Shown piece by piece: positions 61,240 to 64,000 of a DNA stretch of 64,000 nucleotides. The position numbers and the translations under genes were made by a program. Origin of the DNA: an uncultured delta proteobacterium (GTDB lineage Bacteria; Desulfobacterota; Binatia; DP-6); contig CAWFFN010000005.1 of assembly GCA_963815115.1 (NCBI GenBank), positions 1,696,001 through 1,760,000 of the forward strand, written 5' to 3'. Position 1 is the stretch's first letter; the number at the start of each line of letters is the position of its first letter. The notes beneath the pieces were generated by a model, which had not been told where the DNA came from, ran no database searches, and worked only from the letters and a program-made list of their open reading frames with translations.

Positions 61240-62478
61240 ATGGAGTTGGCCGATGCATTGAGGGTGTACGTCCTGGCGCTGCCGCCTCTGGCCAAGTTCG
61301 CCATCGTCCTCGCGATCATCGCGGGCGTTCCGCCCCTTGCTCGCCGCGCCGGGCTGCCGGAGATGGTGGGCTTGCTCCTCTTCGGCGTCGTCCTGGGCCC
61401 ACATGCTCTCGGCTTGTTCGGAGAGGATCGGCCCGTCGCCGACTTCTTCGCCGAGCTGGGCAAGCTGCTGTTGATGTTCTCGGCCGGGCTGGAGATCGAT
61501 ATCGCGCTCTTTCGCAAGGCTCGCACCCGGTCCATCATCTTCGGCCTCTTCACCACCATCACACCGCTCCTCCTCGGAACCTTGTTTGGCCTCGCCTTCC
61601 GCTATGCCCTCATTCCCGCGATCGTCATCGGATCCCTGCTCGCATCCCACACCCTGCTCGGGCTCGCGGTCATCGATCGGCTGGGTGCCACCCGGCTCGA
61701 ACCGATGGTGGTCACTATCGGCGCAACCGTTCTGTCGGACACGCTGTCGTTGATCGTGTTCGCGATCTGCGTCTCGACCTATACGACGGGCTTCTCGCCC
61801 GCCGGGCTCGTCGTCCAGCTGATCGAGATCGCCGTCTTCGTCCCGCTCATCCTGTTCGGCCTCAGTCGCGCCGGCTCCTACGCACTGGGCAGGGTGCGGG
61901 ACAACGAGAACGCCTATTTCGTCCTGATGCTCGGCATCATGGCGGTGGCCGGCGTGCTTGCAGAATACATCAACCTTCCGGACATCGTCGGCGCGTTCCT
62001 GGCGGGACTGGCGGTCAATGCCGCAGTGGGGAAGCACTCGGCGAAGACGAAGCTCGAGTTTCTCGGCAAGGCCCTGTTCATTCCGGGCTTCTTCATCGCG
62101 ACCGGCTTCCTCATCGACCCGTCGGTGTTCGCGACGAGCGTCGTCGACAATTTCCCTCTGGTCGCGGGGATCGTTGGTACGCTCGTTCTGGGAAAGTGGG
62201 TCGCCGCAGCCGTGGTGGGCCGCATGTTCGGCTACACGCCGGCGGCGCGCTCGACGATGTGGGCGCTGACCCTGCCGCAGGTCGCTGCCACGCTTGCCGC
62301 GACGCTGGTAGCCCATGACACGGTCGACGCGGCCGGTCAGCGGATGGTCGACGGCAAGATGCTCAACGCGGTGCTCGTCCTGATGGTGGCCACGTCCATC
62401 CTCGGGCCGCTCCTGACGGAACGATTCGCGCCCCGCATGCTCGAGGAGGAGGCGCTCGAAAGAGAGGTTGCGGCCTGA
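61240..62478 (+). CDS. Cation:proton antiporter (CPA2/KefB-like)
   Basis: GVVLGP, LLMFSAGLEID, ASHTLL, IVGAFLAGLA, PQVAATLAA. Confidence 0.9.
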   Translation: MELADALRVYVLALPPLAKFAIVLAIIAGVPPLARRAGLPEMVGLLLFGVVLGPHALGLFGEDRPVADFFAELGKLLLMFSAGLEIDIALFRKARTRSIIFGLFTTITPLLLGTLFGLAFRYALIPAIVIGSLLASHTLLGLAVIDRLGATRLEPMVVTIGATVLSDTLSLIVFAICVSTYTTGFSPAGLVVQLIEIAVFVPLILFGLSRAGSYALGRVRDNENAYFVLMLGIMAVAGVLAEYINLPDIVGAFLAGLAVNAAVGKHSAKTKLEFLGKALFIPGFFIATGFLIDPSVFATSVVDNFPLVAGIVGTLVLGKWVAAAVVGRMFGYTPAARSTMWALTLPQVAATLAATLVAHDTVDAAGQRMVDGKMLNAVLVLMVATSILGPLLTERFAPRMLEEEALEREVAA

Positions 62479-62577
62479 CGGCCGCGGCTGCCGTTGCCGG
62501 GTCCGGCGGCGGTCGGGTTGCGTACCAGGTAGGCCGGTCCAGCTGAGCGGTCAGCTCTGATCCGAGGAGGTTGCACC

Positions 62578-63508
62578 ATGCGCGCGCCGGTCGTCCTGCT
62601 GGTGTTGGCGCTCATCACGCCCGGTCACGCTGCCGACGTGGCGGTGCGCTACCTCGTCGACGACGGTACGCTCAAGGAGGTCGGTACCGGATCGGCTCTC
62701 AATCCGACGCTGTTCACCGACTCCGCGTGCACGCATGCCCTCTTCGGTGCGACGCTCCCGATCACCGGCGCCGTCGTGTCGCGGCTCAAGCTGTTCAAGC
62801 CAAAGCACGGTCCCAAGGCGCCGAAGATCGATCTCATGACCTTCACCATGACCGGCGTACCTCCCTATGACGGGGCGCTGTATCTCGTGGTCACCGGTCC
62901 GGGGGTCGTTCCGGTCGGCACCCCGTGTCAGGTCCAGGGTGGAACGGCGGCGGCTCCTCCGCTGACCACGTCGACGGTCACGGTCGTCGACGAGAACGGA
63001 GCACTGGGCTTCCGGATCAGGGCCGCGAGTGATCCGCTCGTCGTCGGCGTACCGATCGTGCCGGTGACGCGGGAGGCGGCGTCCGCCCTGATTCCGCTCA
63101 CCGTCGCCAACCCGTTCGACTGCACGGTCGACGTACGCCGCGAGGGGTCCGGCGCTGCTCTTCCAGGGCGACAGACTGGCGGTCTTCAATGCCTACGACT
63201 GCGCTGCACACGTGCCGTCGTGCACGGATGGACTGAAGAATCAGGACGAGACGGACATCGACTGCGGCGGCTCGGCGTGTGCCCAGCGGTGCGGTTACCT
63301 GCCGCTCGACGGTGTCTTCAACCTGTGTGCTCCGACGCGTTGCAACAACGGGGTCAAGGACGGACCGGAGACCGACACCGACTGCGGTGGCCTGGCGGTG
63401 GGGGGCGACATATGCGGCGGCTGCCCGGCCGGGAAGTCATGCGCGTCGGCCGGGGTTCCGAAAGCAAACTGTGTCAGCCAGGTGTGCACTGCCGGCGTGT
63501 GTCACTAG
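62578..63508 (+). CDS. Secreted protein with C-terminal myxobacterial-type Cys-rich repeats, +1 frameshift between 63092 and 63211
   Basis: GAGGAGG RBS, signal peptide; second frame encodes CTDGLKNQDETDIDCGG and CNNGVKDGPETDTDCGG repeats. Confidence 0.7.
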
Positions 63509-63604
63509 ATTCGACGAGGTCGGCGAGGCGCGCGACGCGGCGGGTGGCACGATCGAGGTCGCCGTGACACTGTGCGCCCGGGAGGAGTTCGGATGCCACA
63601 GGAC

Positions 63605-64000
63605 ATGACGGATGCGAGCCCCGTCCGCCACTTCATCCGGCGTCACTACAGACACTTCAACGCCGCCGTGGTTCGGGATGCGGCGGAGGCATACGAGCGT
63701 CACCTCGCCGCCGGAGGGAAGATGTTCCTCACCCTCGCCGGCGCCATGAGCACGGCCGAGCTCGGCATCTCGCTGGCCGAGATGATTCGGCGGGACAAGG
63801 TGCACGGCATCTGCTGCACCGGGGCCAACCTGGAGGAGGACGTCTTCAACCTCGTGGCGCACGACCACTACGTCCGCATCCCGACGTACCGCGATCTGAC
63901 TCCACGGGACGAGCAGGCGCTGCTCGAGCGTCACCTCAACCGGGTGACGGACACGTGCATTCCCGAAGAGGAAGCCATGCGCCGGATCGAGCGTGCCGTC
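63605..64000 (+). CDS. Deoxyhypusine synthase family protein, runs off window end
   Basis: Not in ORF track; HYRHFNAA, GGKMFLTLAGAMSTAELG, CTGANLEEDVFNLVAH, RVTDTCIPEEEA. Confidence 0.9.
   Translation, partial: MTDASPVRHFIRRHYRHFNAAVVRDAAEAYERHLAAGGKMFLTLAGAMSTAELGISLAEMIRRDKVHGICCTGANLEEDVFNLVAHDHYVRIPTYRDLTPRDEQALLERHLNRVTDTCIPEEEAMRRIERAV

Overview
Visibly high-GC bacterial chromosomal segment (GC not computed) with about 68 coding regions and no rRNA, tRNA or CRISPR array that I could see. FadL, sigma54 circuitry and myxobacteria-like Cys-rich repeats suggest a diderm deltaproteobacteria-like lineage such as Candidatus Binatia (inference only). It mixes core metabolism (fumC, sdhCAB, pncA/pncB, nhaA, CoA-transferase, deoxyhypusine-synthase-like gene), stress and envelope genes (degP, peroxiredoxin, GST, USP, copCD, hemerythrin, BON), lipid modification (cfa, acyl-ACP desaturase, CDP-alcohol phosphatidyltransferase/flippase/sulfotransferase), an aromatic-catabolism operon and one complete ISL3 element with an 8-bp target duplication inside the degP terminator tail. 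The most interesting signals are regulatory: (1) a sigma54-type promoter upstream of a small ribbon-helix-helix gene and an RpoD-like sigma factor with substitutions at its -10 recognition residues, next to a sigma54-activator two-component system; (2) a consensus sigma54 promoter with paired upstream sites driving a 44-aa membrane micropeptide missing from the ORF track; (3) back-to-back sigma54 promoters for small stress genes. Three single-base frameshifts (sensor kinase, fumC, Cys-rich protein) are probably assembly errors.
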